A stretch of DNA of 64,000 nt from a bacterium (GTDB lineage Bacteria > SM23-31), in NCBI GenBank assembly GCA_965249485.1, contig OZ252239.1, positions 1,600,001-1,664,000 on the forward strand. The letters run 5' to 3'. Numbering within the stretch: position 1 is the first letter of the stretch; every line of letters begins with the position of its first letter. The notes under the pieces are model-generated. The model was not told the origin of the DNA and ran no database searches. It saw only the letters and a program-made list of their open reading frames with translations. This document shows positions 31,803-42,979 of the stretch, piece after piece. A program made the position numbers and the translations under genes.

Positions 31803-32375
31803 ATGTCAGCAAAGAAAATAATTATTGGAATACTGGTCTTTATCGTGATTGTCGGTATTTGGTCTGCTTCTTCCCTGAAAAATACATATAACACCCTTGT
31901 CGTACTCGATGAGGGTACGCAGACAGCCTGGTCGCAGGTCGAAACGGTGCTCCAGCGGCGGTTCGATCTCATTCCCAATCTGGTAGAAACAGTAAAAGGA
32001 TTTGCACAGCAGGAGCAGGACGTACTTATCGGCGTAACGGAAGCGCGTTCAAGAGTGGGACAGGCGCAGACACCACCGGAGCAGATGGAAGCGAACAATC
32101 AGCTTACCTCGGCACTCGGCAGGCTGATGGTTGTTGTTGAGCGGTATCCCGACCTAAAATCGAATCAAAATTTTATCAGGCTGCAGGATGAACTTGCCGG
32201 TACAGAAAACAGAATTGCCGTGGAGCGCCGTCGCTATAACGAATCGATCGGTGGATACAATTCACGACTGCGCAGTTTCCCGACCGTCCTCATTGCCGGA
32301 ATGTTTGGTTTTGCAACCAAGACCCGGTTCGAAGCCGCCGCCGGTGCGGAAGATGTCCCACAGGTCGAGTTTTAA
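31803..32375 (+). CDS. lemA: LemA family protein
   Basis: QRRFDLIPNLVETVKG, ERYPDLKS and ENRIAVERRRYN motifs. Confidence 0.95.
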   Translation: MSAKKIIIGILVFIVIVGIWSASSLKNTYNTLVVLDEGTQTAWSQVETVLQRRFDLIPNLVETVKGFAQQEQDVLIGVTEARSRVGQAQTPPEQMEANNQLTSALGRLMVVVERYPDLKSNQNFIRLQDELAGTENRIAVERRRYNESIGGYNSRLRSFPTVLIAGMFGFATKTRFEAAAGAEDVPQVEF

Positions 32376-32624
32376 GGATTATATCTTTGCGAATACAGCG
32401 AGATAGAAGGTGGATACATAAAAATCGTTCAGGAAATCTGATTTGATTATTGATAGGAATGCTTACAAAAAACTTTTGCCGCACATGGAAAGCCTTCCAC
32501 AAGCCGCATTAGCAAAGATGCTGGAACAGGGATGGGTCAGCTCTCCTGAACTCGAATTAATTGGCTAATGTGGTGCTGTGCAGAAATGACAATCTCTATT
32601 GATCAAAACTGCTTTAAAAATTAC

Positions 32625-34052
32625 TTAATGGATCAGCAGGATTTTTTCATTCGGTGGATGGAGAAACTCAACACCGCGGCTGCTGACAATGTGATTGCCT
32701 TCGATATTCAGGGAAATCGGGAAACCCGGTCGCTGAGGAAGATTCACATGTACCATATATTCAAATGAGAAGAAATGATTCTCATCGATCATCAGATGGT
32801 CGCGGTCTGACCGGAATGGAGCAATCGAAGGCCCGACCGTTACGAGACTTCCGCCATTATTACCCTGGCTGTGCAGATCGATGGAGATTCCCGGCTTATC
32901 GGTATTGGCAAGCACTCTCTGAATCATTGTGTAATCTTCTGTGCCTATGTCGATAAACGGTGTGTAAATATAGCCTTCACGCTCGACATCGGCAACGATC
33001 GCTTTCAGTGTTTCTCCGGCGATTCTGCCGACTCTGACATTTCTCCGAATGATCGCCTGTGCTGCCATCGCTGTGTCATAGGCATATTGTATGCTTTCGG
33101 GAACAGTTGTTTCACCTTCACGCACAATATAAGCATTCCTCTTATAATCTGTCGAAAAGTAATCAAGATACCGTACGCCGTTATCAAACGTCATAAAATC
33201 ACCGCGCTGTAGAACATAACCGGGATGATGAATCCACCACCGCACATCCGGTGGATCGATAGGTTCCGATACTTCCGAATAGAGAATCCGGGGGATACCT
33301 GCACCCGTGCTGTATCCATTAGTCAGGTCGCGCATATGAAACTGCTCCTTGACCCACCAGCCGACATCTTCCAAGGTCGTTACTCCCGGTGTAATAACTT
33401 CATTCGACAATGAGCGTTCAAGAATCTGGCGGTGAATTTCCAACGCATTCGTAAGGCCGGAAACTTCTCTGAGAATCCGGCGTGCCCTGAAGGATGTGAT
33501 CACATTCTCGGCAGACACAATGCGTGAAGAGTATTTCTGCCCGAGGATTTTCTCCAGTTTCACATATTGGGAATGTGAAATGCCATCGGCAATCGCAAGC
33601 CAATCAGATGTATTGACAGCGATTCTTTTAGGATCACGCCTCGCAACATACTCGGATATCTCATTATAAATGGAAAAATCCTGGTTGTTATAGTTATACC
33701 CTTCAATTGCCAATGAGAGTTGGTCGGAGCCGCGTACATCAATATTTTCAACTGCTCCGCCACCGCCGAATACAGCCCGTTCGATCCTGTCTCCCAGATC
33801 GGTGAAAATCAAATAACCGGATGTCGATCCGAAGTGTTGAGCCAACGGATCAGGGTCTCCGGCTCGCGTAACGTGTATCCACATGTCTACATTGTTATCG
33901 CGCATTGCGTCCGGTAAAATGAGATCAAGTTTCTCGTTTCGTATTAAACGCATGACCTCTGCGCCGGTCTTTGCATTATGTACACCCGGCTGTGCATAGA
34001 CGTCGGATATAATGAACATTATCGACATCAAAAAGATAAGTACTCGAAACAT
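32625..34052 (-). CDS. M24 (Xaa-Pro aminopeptidase-like) metallopeptidase, exported; paralog 1
   Basis: Signal peptide; metal ligands D (FDNG), D (STDY), H (DLH), E (SFEY) and E (NIEG); ATG at 34052 follows GAGAGGAG. Confidence 0.82.
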   Translation of the reverse strand: MFRVLIFLMSIMFIISDVYAQPGVHNAKTGAEVMRLIRNEKLDLILPDAMRDNNVDMWIHVTRAGDPDPLAQHFGSTSGYLIFTDLGDRIERAVFGGGGAVENIDVRGSDQLSLAIEGYNYNNQDFSIYNEISEYVARRDPKRIAVNTSDWLAIADGISHSQYVKLEKILGQKYSSRIVSAENVITSFRARRILREVSGLTNALEIHRQILERSLSNEVITPGVTTLEDVGWWVKEQFHMRDLTNGYSTGAGIPRILYSEVSEPIDPPDVRWWIHHPGYVLQRGDFMTFDNGVRYLDYFSTDYKRNAYIVREGETTVPESIQYAYDTAMAAQAIIRRNVRVGRIAGETLKAIVADVEREGYIYTPFIDIGTEDYTMIQRVLANTDKPGISIDLHSQGNNGGSLVTVGPSIAPFRSDRDHLMIDENHFFSFEYMVHVNLPQRPGFPISLNIEGNHIVSSRGVEFLHPPNEKILLIH

Positions 34053-34430
34053 CGTAACGACTCCTCTCATGAATTGTTGGTGCATAAAATTTATGATTCT
34101 CCCCCTGTTGAAAAGTACATTTAATATGGAATAGTGTCAAGCTCAATACACATTCATCGGTGCATAGAAGTTGAAAATAAACGGATATGGAGTAAGCGAT
34201 AAAAAACCTGATACATGCGGAACGTTTATTTTCGTTGTGTTTCCGGTTTTTCCAATTTGAAGGAGGGGCATTTGAATATGAGTTATATGTTATTCTGCTC
34301 CTCGGGCTGTACAATTCAGTGAAAGATGACGTCGAGCAGCCCTGAAAGAATGTGCAACCGCGCTAAATAAAAGGGCAAGGCGCCATGCACGTGTAACGGC
34401 CATTACACCTGTTACTTCAAAATAGGGCTC

Positions 34431-35798
34431 TTATCGAATGAGGAGTACCCGGTCTTGTGGCGGGTACAACCATTCAAGACCATGTTCCGTTACCAATACG
34501 TTTTCTTCGATGGCGACAGGGATCTTTTTTCCGTTCCATTCGTCTGCAGGTCTGTAAACTCTAAATTCCAGGGAAATGATGGCATTGGGTCTAACTTCGT
34601 ATTCGGTCAGTTCAGGGGACCACTCGGCAAGCCCGGCCGTCACATCGTGGGCGACACTACTCATTCCATGCAATCCGACATTTACCTCAATTCCAGGTAC
34701 ATCACTTGGGCGTTCTACATCTGTGTAAACGTAGCCGGCATCTCGAAGGTGCTGTTTAAGTTCATCTAATTGCTCCCTGCCGGTTCTCCCCGAACGAACG
34801 TTTTTCCGAATGATTTCGCGTACTTTCTTTGTTTCTTCAAATGCCATAATGACACCGGGAGGTGCTGTGAGTTCCCCCTCTCTGAGGACGTAAGCAAAAC
34901 GCTTGATATCAGTCGAGAAATTGTTGCGATTTAGTCCCCAATCGATCCACAGTATATCTCCTCCCTGGATGACACGTTCCATTCTTTTCTCACTGCTCAT
35001 GGATTGATAGCCCTGGAATTCAGGTTCTGGGAATACTGCCCCTGGAAACCAGGTTCTGCGCAAACCCATAGCTTTACGGTGCTCCTCTAACCACCGCATT
35101 ACATCGAAGTAGGTCGTTTTACCGGGTGTGATAACTTCGTTGGATAAGGCACGTTCAATTCCCCTTCGTGTGATGTCACCAACCTTGGAGAATTCGATGA
35201 TTTCGCTGGCAACGTGCTCGCCGTGAAAATCGGCAATAAGACGCTGAGCGGATACGAAGCGTTTAGCATATTTCTCGCCCAATTCCTCCTCGAGGAACTT
35301 GAAATCCTTGTGGGAGAGACCGTCTGCGTTATGAACTCCTTCCCCTCTGATTGGAGGATCGAGGAAATTCAAGGCAATTCTTTTCGGGTCACGGTCCTCG
35401 ACTATAGACCGGAGATCAGATCCTCCCTCGATCTCGTCGTAGGCACCGCATATATCAGCCATTTCAGAACTACCGGGGCCACCGAGTGAATACCTCTCGA
35501 TGCGGTCACCCCCACCATCGTAGAAGACGTAAATTCCATGACCATAAGCGGTCTCTATACCGAAATCGAGTATCATAGGATCAGTACCACGGCCGCGATC
35601 GATGACGATCCACATATCGATGTTATTACGACGCATTGCTTTGGGAAGCACGTAATCGAACTTGTCTTTGCGAATCATGCAGGTAATTTCCCATTCGGAC
35701 TGCCATGAAGATTGAAAATTGTCGGGTGGGCGCTGCGCAACAGTGTCAGATACCATGAGAATCACAACAAATAATAAAATCACAATTCGAGATAACAT
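34431..35798 (-). CDS. M24 metallopeptidase, exported; paralog 2
   Basis: Signal peptide; WIDWG, STDI, LHGMSSVAH, SLEF and IEEN motifs. Confidence 0.85.
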   Translation of the reverse strand: MLSRIVILLFVVILMVSDTVAQRPPDNFQSSWQSEWEITCMIRKDKFDYVLPKAMRRNNIDMWIVIDRGRGTDPMILDFGIETAYGHGIYVFYDGGGDRIERYSLGGPGSSEMADICGAYDEIEGGSDLRSIVEDRDPKRIALNFLDPPIRGEGVHNADGLSHKDFKFLEEELGEKYAKRFVSAQRLIADFHGEHVASEIIEFSKVGDITRRGIERALSNEVITPGKTTYFDVMRWLEEHRKAMGLRRTWFPGAVFPEPEFQGYQSMSSEKRMERVIQGGDILWIDWGLNRNNFSTDIKRFAYVLREGELTAPPGVIMAFEETKKVREIIRKNVRSGRTGREQLDELKQHLRDAGYVYTDVERPSDVPGIEVNVGLHGMSSVAHDVTAGLAEWSPELTEYEVRPNAIISLEFRVYRPADEWNGKKIPVAIEENVLVTEHGLEWLYPPQDRVLLIR

Positions 35799-36073
35799 AA
35801 TGTTCTCCTCATTTGATTAACTGGTGGTTTAATATTAAGGTTTTTGATACAGTAGCAATGATACATGTTATATAGAAAGTTGTCAAGTTGAATTATGCGG
35901 ACAGTAAGAAAATCACATGGTACTCTTGTCGTATGTGAAGGTATTGCGGTGGAATATAGCCTGTTTTTGAGGAAGCCTAAATATGTAGTATTTTAAAAAC
36001 GTGAGTTGGTTCGTGTATGACATTTTGCGAATCTTAGAGATAGATATAAACTGCAGCTATTTAAGAAAATAGT

Positions 36074-36268
36074 GTGGATCCTACTATTCAAGTCTATTCC
36101 AGTAAAGGTGAAAAAATTTTGTTAAGGAAGGAAAGAATCAAACAACAAACGATGAAGGTAAGGTTTGCCCAAAACCTCAAAAAAGCGGCGAGAAAAAATG
36201 ACTTGGGTAATCAAAAACTATCTCTTGGTTTTAAATCTAGTATGTCTAACGTGTTCTGAGGAAGTACA
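36074..36268 (+). mobile_element. IS3-like insertion sequence remnant (transposase C-terminus plus right end)
   Basis: VYSSKGEKILLRKERIKQQTMKVRFAQNLKKAA resembles the ..VYFGR...IL.RRERIK..T...R...N..AA tail of IS3-type transposases. It is followed by tgtctaacgtgttctgaggaagtaca, which ends in CA. Confidence 0.55.
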
Positions 36269-36500
36269 GATGAGGAAAGTTCAGTTAATTCTTTCTATTA
36301 ATATAGAAACTAAATAATTCTGAACAGGTTGTATCTGTGACATGTATGGAGACATGTAATTTACTTTGAAAATTTGTGTCAAACTAAAATTGCTTGAATC
36401 GTCCTTATTATTAGATTATACAATCTCAATCATATTTTTTGTAATTGTCTCTGTAAGTTTCTTATAAACATTTACAATACTAATATGAATTCAATATGAA

Positions 36501-37768
36501 TTAGAGTTGAGCTACTTTATCATGAAGAATATTATGGACAAGATTAATAAGTTCTTCAAAATTCCATGGCTTTACAATAATCCAATTTTCTCCTAAATTA
36601 ATCATTTGCTTAACTTTAGTATCATCAAGAGAACTGCCGGTAATTACAACAGTCTTTATTGATGGTTGTATGCTTTTAAGTTGAAAATATGTGTCTATAC
36701 CTGCCATATCTGGTAGTGTGAGGTCTAACAGCACCAGGTCAATTTTGCCTTTCCTTCTTTTGCAAGTATTTATTGCTTCGGCACCATTGAGCGCTGTGAA
36801 AACAGTATAACCTAATCGCTCAAATTGTATTTTTGTTGTTTCTATTATGTCTATCTCATCATCAATAAGAAGAATCGATTCACCACTTCCAAATAAGATG
36901 CTCCCCATCTCTTTATTGTTTTTCACAATTTCTTTTGTTGTTACAGGAAAATATAAATCGAACGTTGTACCCTCACCGGGTTGACTGTATACCACATAAT
37001 ATCACCTTTATGATTTTTTATTATATGTTGGGTCATATAAAGTCCTAAGCCGGTACCTCTTCCATCTTTCTTCGTAGTATAAAATGGTTTAAAGATTTTC
37101 TCTTTAACATTTATTTCCATCCCAAAACCACTATCTTTAACTGAAACTTTAACATAGTCACCCTGCTTAGTCTTAGAATTAAGCTCACTATGTTTTTTTA
37201 TGAAATGCCGGCTTAAAAACACATTTTTGGTAGATATAGTTAGGTTTCCTCCATCAGGCATTGAGTCTTTAGCATTGATAATAATGTTCGTCAGCACTTG
37301 ATAAATCTTTTTCCTATCCACTTCGATATTTTTTATTGGAATCTCAAGATTGTATAATACTTGAATCTTTTTTTCAAACACAGGTTCACACAATTTGATA
37401 ATTTGTTGAATAAGGTCATTGATATCAAGAGGTTCTAACAAATAATCACTATCCTTAGTAAAGTTAATTATTTGGTGACTTAAATCAGCAGCCCTTTCAA
37501 CATTTATATTTATTTTATTTGCTAAATTGGACACATGAGGATTTTCCCCATAATCTGATTTTAAAATATCAATATGTCCTTTAATGCTACCCAAGACATT
37601 ATTAAAATCGTGAACTATTCCTCCAGATAGCCTAATAAATGATTCCATCTTTTGAGCTTGGAACAAATGTTCCAGAATTTTATTATTATCTGCAGATCGC
37701 TTAATCAAAATATTCTCTAATTCATCTTTATTTATTCGTTGAATAGTCATTTTTTTTCGAAATGACAT
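36501..37768 (-). CDS. Cytoplasmic hybrid histidine kinase (HisKA, HATPase, REC; CckA-like) with a frameshift near 36995
   Basis: QAQKMES..LSGGIVHDFNN, NAKD, DSGFG and GTGLGL motifs. The other frame continues VYSQPGEGTTF and a REC domain (IDDE, LDLTLP, KP). Confidence 0.85.
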
Positions 37769-37779
37769 CTCATTAATCC

Positions 37780-38286
37780 TTAATTTATGGGTGTATATCC
37801 TTTACAAAGGAGTTCTACAGCTCTTTCAACTACAGCTTGCATATTTGGCTTTTCTATGAAACCATGAAATCCTCTCGCAAATGTTTTCTCCATTTCAATA
37901 ATTTTAGAATGATACTCGGGATTTTTTAACATAGCTGAGTATATTACAAAATATGGATCACCAAATGGATTACCATTTTTTGAGCCTGCTTCCCTTATGT
38001 ATTTTACAACGTCGAGTCCTTCTGAACCTTCTAAATTCAAATCGACCACTACAAAATCAACTATACCTCTTCCAAAACCAAGGTAACCTATACCTGCACT
38101 AGTAAAAGATTTGATCATTACAGTATATTGCCGATCTGAACCCGCATTTTCTAATTCTTTGTTTATTTGACTAAACTTGCGGGTAATAGCTGCTTTCATT
38201 GAACTGCTTATATCTTCTTCATCCTCTATGATCACAATATTTTTAATCTCTTTTTCTTGAATTACAATATTTTCAATCTCTTTCAT
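37780..38286 (-). CDS. Atypical single-domain response regulator
   Basis: IIEDEE, VVDLNL, YSA and IEKP motifs with loop insertions; ATG at 38286 follows GGAG. Confidence 0.75.
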   Translation of the reverse strand: MKEIENIVIQEKEIKNIVIIEDEEDISSSMKAAITRKFSQINKELENAGSDRQYTVMIKSFTSAGIGYLGFGRGIVDFVVVDLNLEGSEGLDVVKYIREAGSKNGNPFGDPYFVIYSAMLKNPEYHSKIIEMEKTFARGFHGFIEKPNMQAVVERAVELLCKGYTPIN

Positions 38287-39616
38287 TGTATGTCTCCTTT
38301 CGTTTCCCATTTTTTGGTATACGGACTTCTAAAGTTGTTCCTCTCGATTTACCGGGGTATTCCTTTGAAGCTATTTTTTCATCTGTGAAAGTTTCAATAA
38401 TCTCAACTTGACCTTTATGATAATCTGTAATGTACTTATGAGCAAGGCTTGCTCCTATCCCACCATAAACTTCTCTTCCATTAGTAAACAATGGTACATA
38501 TACATGTGGCAGTGTCTCATCAGAAATACCTACTCCAGTATCATGTATTTGAACTATTACCCATAAAGAATCTGACTTCATGGAAATTTTTATCTCCCCC
38601 TTATCAGGTATTGCTTTTATACTATTGTCAATAATATGAAAAAACGCGTCTTCTAAGAACATTTCATAACAAGGAATTTCCAAAGATGAGTCATATTGTT
38701 TAATTATTTTAATGTTTTTAAGATTTCCGTTTGAAATTTTTTCTAAGCTGGCATCAATTATTTTCTCCAATCTCATCTCTATTTTGGGTGCTTCAAATGA
38801 TTTATTTGTGATGGTTTTCAACACTACAGCATATTTGTTTAATCTAGCAATCAAAGATTCTAATCTTTCAGTAATTTCGGCGATCTTTTTTATAACCGGT
38901 TCTAACTTATTTTCTATAGCCGATACAATTTCTTCACTATTCAAATCATTTGAAACTATTTCATTTTTTAGGTTTTCAATGGTATCCAATTCATCTTCGC
39001 ACACCCAACCTATTTGGTTTATCCTCCCAGTCAGTCCAGCTATAATATTTCTAAACGGATGATATATTGATTTTGCGCCTATCACGGAGCCGCGAAGGAT
39101 AGCATTCGATTCTCTCTCTAGGCTCAGTTTTTTTTGTGTAGAATAATAGCGGCGTTCTATTTCCGCAAACTTATCAAAATGTGAATCTGCCGCTTCCATT
39201 AACTTCGCGATCAAATCACGTTTTCTAATGGTTTCTCTAAAGCGAATAGTAAAATCAGTATCTTCCCATGGTTTTTGGATATAATTATCAATTGGGAGGT
39301 TTGCCTGTTCTGCTGCTTTTTTCATGATTCCATCATCTTCAGCTGTAATACCCCAAATAATAGGTTTTACTGGAGAATCTTTATACAACTGTGATATCTT
39401 TTCGATAAGTTCAACTCCAGTCATTTCGGGCATTCTTTGATCAACCAGAATTGCATCAAACTCTGTGGCTTTTACTTTTTTCAATGCTTCATTACCGCTA
39501 TAGGCAACCTCAATGTCATATTCACCAATAACTTCAAGAGAATCCCTAAGAGAATCCCTTAAAGAATCAGCAACAGAAAAGTCATCATCTACCACTAATG
39601 TTTTTTTCTTGTCCAT
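38273..39616 (-). CDS. REC plus atypical histidine kinase
   Basis: N-terminal REC (VVDDD, VDQRMP, QKPW), H-box-like IYHPFRN, and an HATPase domain with DNSIKA, DTGVGI and degenerate G2 YGGIGAS. Confidence 0.8.
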   Translation of the reverse strand: MDKKKTLVVDDDFSVADSLRDSLRDSLEVIGEYDIEVAYSGNEALKKVKATEFDAILVDQRMPEMTGVELIEKISQLYKDSPVKPIIWGITAEDDGIMKKAAEQANLPIDNYIQKPWEDTDFTIRFRETIRKRDLIAKLMEAADSHFDKFAEIERRYYSTQKKLSLERESNAILRGSVIGAKSIYHPFRNIIAGLTGRINQIGWVCEDELDTIENLKNEIVSNDLNSEEIVSAIENKLEPVIKKIAEITERLESLIARLNKYAVVLKTITNKSFEAPKIEMRLEKIIDASLEKISNGNLKNIKIIKQYDSSLEIPCYEMFLEDAFFHIIDNSIKAIPDKGEIKISMKSDSLWVIVQIHDTGVGISDETLPHVYVPLFTNGREVYGGIGASLAHKYITDYHKGQVEIIETFTDEKIASKEYPGKSRGTTLEVRIPKNGKRKETYNERD

Positions 39617-39638
39617 AATACACACCTTTGTTTGAATT

Positions 39639-41780
39639 CTAATTAATCGCTTTTTCTTCGATTGAACAAATGTTATCAAATTTGTCGAAATCAAGCACTA
39701 TAAGAGGAATATTGTTAAATAAGGAGTAACCAAAAATGTCAATAGCGTTGTTTTCTTGTTTCAATTTTTTAGTATACCTGTCTTGTCTCTCAATCCGAAG
39801 AATTTTGTGACCAAATATTTTAGGAACAGCTAAACCATAACTTATTTGAGTTGCATCCCAAATCTCAATAAGAGTTTTCAGCTCATTGTGTTCATGTCCT
39901 AATAGGCCAAAGACATCGATCATTGGATACACGTTCCCATTATTTTTGTACATATAACTTTCATCCGGTAGGATTGTAATCATGCTTTCATCGTATCGGA
40001 TATAGTTTATTTTTGAAGGTTGGTGGATAGCGTAGATTACATTATCATCTCCAAAAATGACACACTCCGAAAGAGTAGTTGATTTTGGAATTTCAAGAAT
40101 AATTTTAGTGCCTTCATTCTTATTTGATTCCAGACGCACATACCCGTTAAGTTTTTTTTCTATACTATCAAGCACTACGTCCATCCCAACACCCCTTCCA
40201 GAAATATCACTTACTGACTCTTTTGATGAAAAACCCGGCTTGAAAATGAGTTTTTGTTTGTTTTCTTTGTTCATTGATTGTAATTCATCTGTCGAAATGA
40301 TATTATTTTTTAGTGCAATCTCTGAAACTTTATTCTCATCAATACCATTGCCATCATCTTGAAGTACAATATAAATATTCTTATTATCCTCAAACACTTC
40401 GAGAGATATAGTTCCGCGTGGAGATTTTCCAAGCTGTTCTCTTACCATAGGATCTTCAATACCATGGTCAACAGCATTCCTAACCATATGTACGAGTGCA
40501 GTATGACATGTGTCCCAAACATCAGGACGCGCAGAAGCATTATTTTTTATAATAGTGAACTCTATCTCTTTGTGGAGGGATCTTTCCATATCCTTAACCA
40601 TCCTGCTATATCGTGATAAATCAATGAGCGATTGGGAAGCAGAAATGATCTCGTTAAAATAATCTACACTGGCTGTATAGACGTTCACGTCTTCAATATT
40701 GTATTCTCGCATTATTCTAAAAAACTGCTGACTTAAATCTTGATATTTATCAATGAGAGTGTCATATGTTTTTAAAGAAACTGATAGCTTCACCTCTTTT
40801 TCTCGTGCTCTTACTTTACCTATATCTCTTTTTGGAATGTCACTTAGATGAATCTGCTTTCCTTGCATTTTATCAGTCAATGATTGTTTGCATTCACCAA
40901 TGTCCTTAAGATCTTCATCGATTGAAACATTTTCATCACTTTGAGTAGTAGATATTTCCTCAAGGAATCTACCGATGATTATTGAAATCCTACTAATAAT
41001 ATCTGAAGCCTCATTATTTAAGTAAAGATCTCCTTTTGCGATATTTACCGTCAATTCTTCCAAAGTATGACAATACTTATTTAATTGAGTAAATCCGATT
41101 ATTGAAGAATTTCCTTTGAGTGTATGAACATACCGGTTTAAAGATTTAAATTGCTCAATATACTCGTTGATATCTTTACCACTCAGAAAATAAATATAAT
41201 CTGCAAGCTCTAAGTCCGGTTCATAGGAAAATGTTTGAATAGATTCTGTGCATTTTTCAATTTCCGGGAGGTATCCATTTACTTCTTCACAAAATCCCAA
41301 AACTAAATCGACACTCGCTTTCTCTAATTTTTTAATTTTTGCATCTTTTTGTTCATCTGATTTTTCAAGTTTTATCTTCTCTGCCCGATTTTCCAGATCA
41401 CTTCTCAACGCCACAGAGAACGTATCCTTTGGCCACGGTTTCTCAATAAATCTTGATATAGGCAGCTTTTTTCCTGTTTCTACTTCATAATTTTTTGCTT
41501 CATCTAAGCCGCCCTCGATCACATACGCCGAAATAATGTAGGTCAATGAATTTGGGTGAATCACTGAAAGGTGTTTTATGAATTTTGTTCCACGCATATC
41601 CGGCATATTTTGATCAACTAGATAAGCGTCGAATTCTGTATCAAGTGCATATTCAAGTCCCATTTCTCCATTTTCAACCAGAACTGGAGAATAAATTTTT
41701 TCTCTGTCGAGAGCATCTTTTAAGGAGTCTCGCACATCAGCATCATCTTCCACAACTAATATTTTGTAACCTTCAGTCAT
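39639..41780 (-). CDS. CheA-like kinase with N-terminal REC domain (REC, Hpt, HATPase, CheW-like)
   Basis: VHTLKGNS (Hpt), LVHMVRNAVDHGIE, DDGNGID and FKPGFSSKESVSDISGRGVGMDVV motifs; N-terminal REC (VEDD, VDQNMP, EKPW). Confidence 0.9.
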   Translation of the reverse strand: MTEGYKILVVEDDADVRDSLKDALDREKIYSPVLVENGEMGLEYALDTEFDAYLVDQNMPDMRGTKFIKHLSVIHPNSLTYIISAYVIEGGLDEAKNYEVETGKKLPISRFIEKPWPKDTFSVALRSDLENRAEKIKLEKSDEQKDAKIKKLEKASVDLVLGFCEEVNGYLPEIEKCTESIQTFSYEPDLELADYIYFLSGKDINEYIEQFKSLNRYVHTLKGNSSIIGFTQLNKYCHTLEELTVNIAKGDLYLNNEASDIISRISIIIGRFLEEISTTQSDENVSIDEDLKDIGECKQSLTDKMQGKQIHLSDIPKRDIGKVRAREKEVKLSVSLKTYDTLIDKYQDLSQQFFRIMREYNIEDVNVYTASVDYFNEIISASQSLIDLSRYSRMVKDMERSLHKEIEFTIIKNNASARPDVWDTCHTALVHMVRNAVDHGIEDPMVREQLGKSPRGTISLEVFEDNKNIYIVLQDDGNGIDENKVSEIALKNNIISTDELQSMNKENKQKLIFKPGFSSKESVSDISGRGVGMDVVLDSIEKKLNGYVRLESNKNEGTKIILEIPKSTTLSECVIFGDDNVIYAIHQPSKINYIRYDESMITILPDESYMYKNNGNVYPMIDVFGLLGHEHNELKTLIEIWDATQISYGLAVPKIFGHKILRIERQDRYTKKLKQENNAIDIFGYSLFNNIPLIVLDFDKFDNICSIEEKAIN

Positions 41781-42978
41781 GCAGCACCCATTTTAGGAAG
41801 TTCAAGGGTAAACGTTGTACCGTGACTTTGTTTAGTTTCTTCAACAAATAATCTACCATTATGACTTTCCACAATTTTGTGACTTATTGCAAGTCCAAGT
41901 CCGGTGCCTTTTCCAACATCTTTTGTTGTGTAGAAATAATCAAATATATTCGGGATAACATCTTTCGGTATACCTATTCCAGTATCTTTGATACTTACAG
42001 ATATAAAATTATTATTCATTTCATTTGTTGAAATCGTTATCTCTCCATGATCAGATATTGCATCAATTGCATTACTCAATAAATTGAGAAATACCTGACT
42101 TATCTCGTTACCATACGTTTTTATTTTTGTGAGAGGTGTGTAGTATTTTATTATCTTTATTCTATCCTTGTATTGTTTATGAAGAATTTTGAGTTGATTG
42201 TCTAATTCCCTATTCACGTCAAAGGAACACCAACCCTCAGGCTTTCTCATTGAGTCTTTCACTGCTGTTACAATACTTGTAATCTTTATAATTGTATTTT
42301 TGTCTCTTGCTAATATCTCAAGTATTTTCTTTTGTTCTTTCGATTCCGCCAATCGAGACGCATATATCATTAACGTGTTAAGATCATTCTTAATGGCAGT
42401 TGCAGGATTATTTATTTCATGTGCTATTCCAGCAGCAAGTTTTCCTAATGCCGCAGATTTCTCAACTAAAATAAGTTCGTCTTCGAGCTTCCTATTTTCA
42501 GTCTCGAGTTTTTCCGTTGTTTAATATCTCGTAATACTCCTTCCACACCAACTGAATTTTCGCTTTCATCAAAAATGATGCGAGAATTTAGAGAAAAATC
42601 TTTCACCTCTTTTTTTTTATTGACTATCTTTAACTCATAATCATTTACTGTTAGTGATTCATTTAATATTTTTGATAATTTCTTCAGATCGGATTTATCA
42701 TGATTAAAATCTGTGATATCACGACCGATAACTTCTTCAGGTGTATAACCTGTAAAAGTTACAATAGACGGACTGACTATAGTAATTTTGCCACTTGAAT
42801 CCGTTCTAAAGTAAATATCCTGGAAAGACTCAAAAATTCTTTGATATTCTCTTTCATTTGTAATAAGAAGTTCCTCAAGATCTTGTTGATGTCGTTCTTC
42901 CAATACAAAGATTTGGTTTTCAAGCTGCTTTATTCTTGCTTGATATATCTCATTTTGGGGAGGTTTTTGGCTATTCAT
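41777..42978 (-). CDS. PAS-domain sensor histidine kinase with a frameshift at the A-run 42509-42513
   Basis: PAS (FTGYTPEEVIGR). Adding one A gives RKKLETEN...LGKLAAGIAHEINNP, continuous with QVFLNLLSNAIDA, DTGIGI and GKGTGLGL. Confidence 0.88.
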
Positions 42979-42979
42979 T

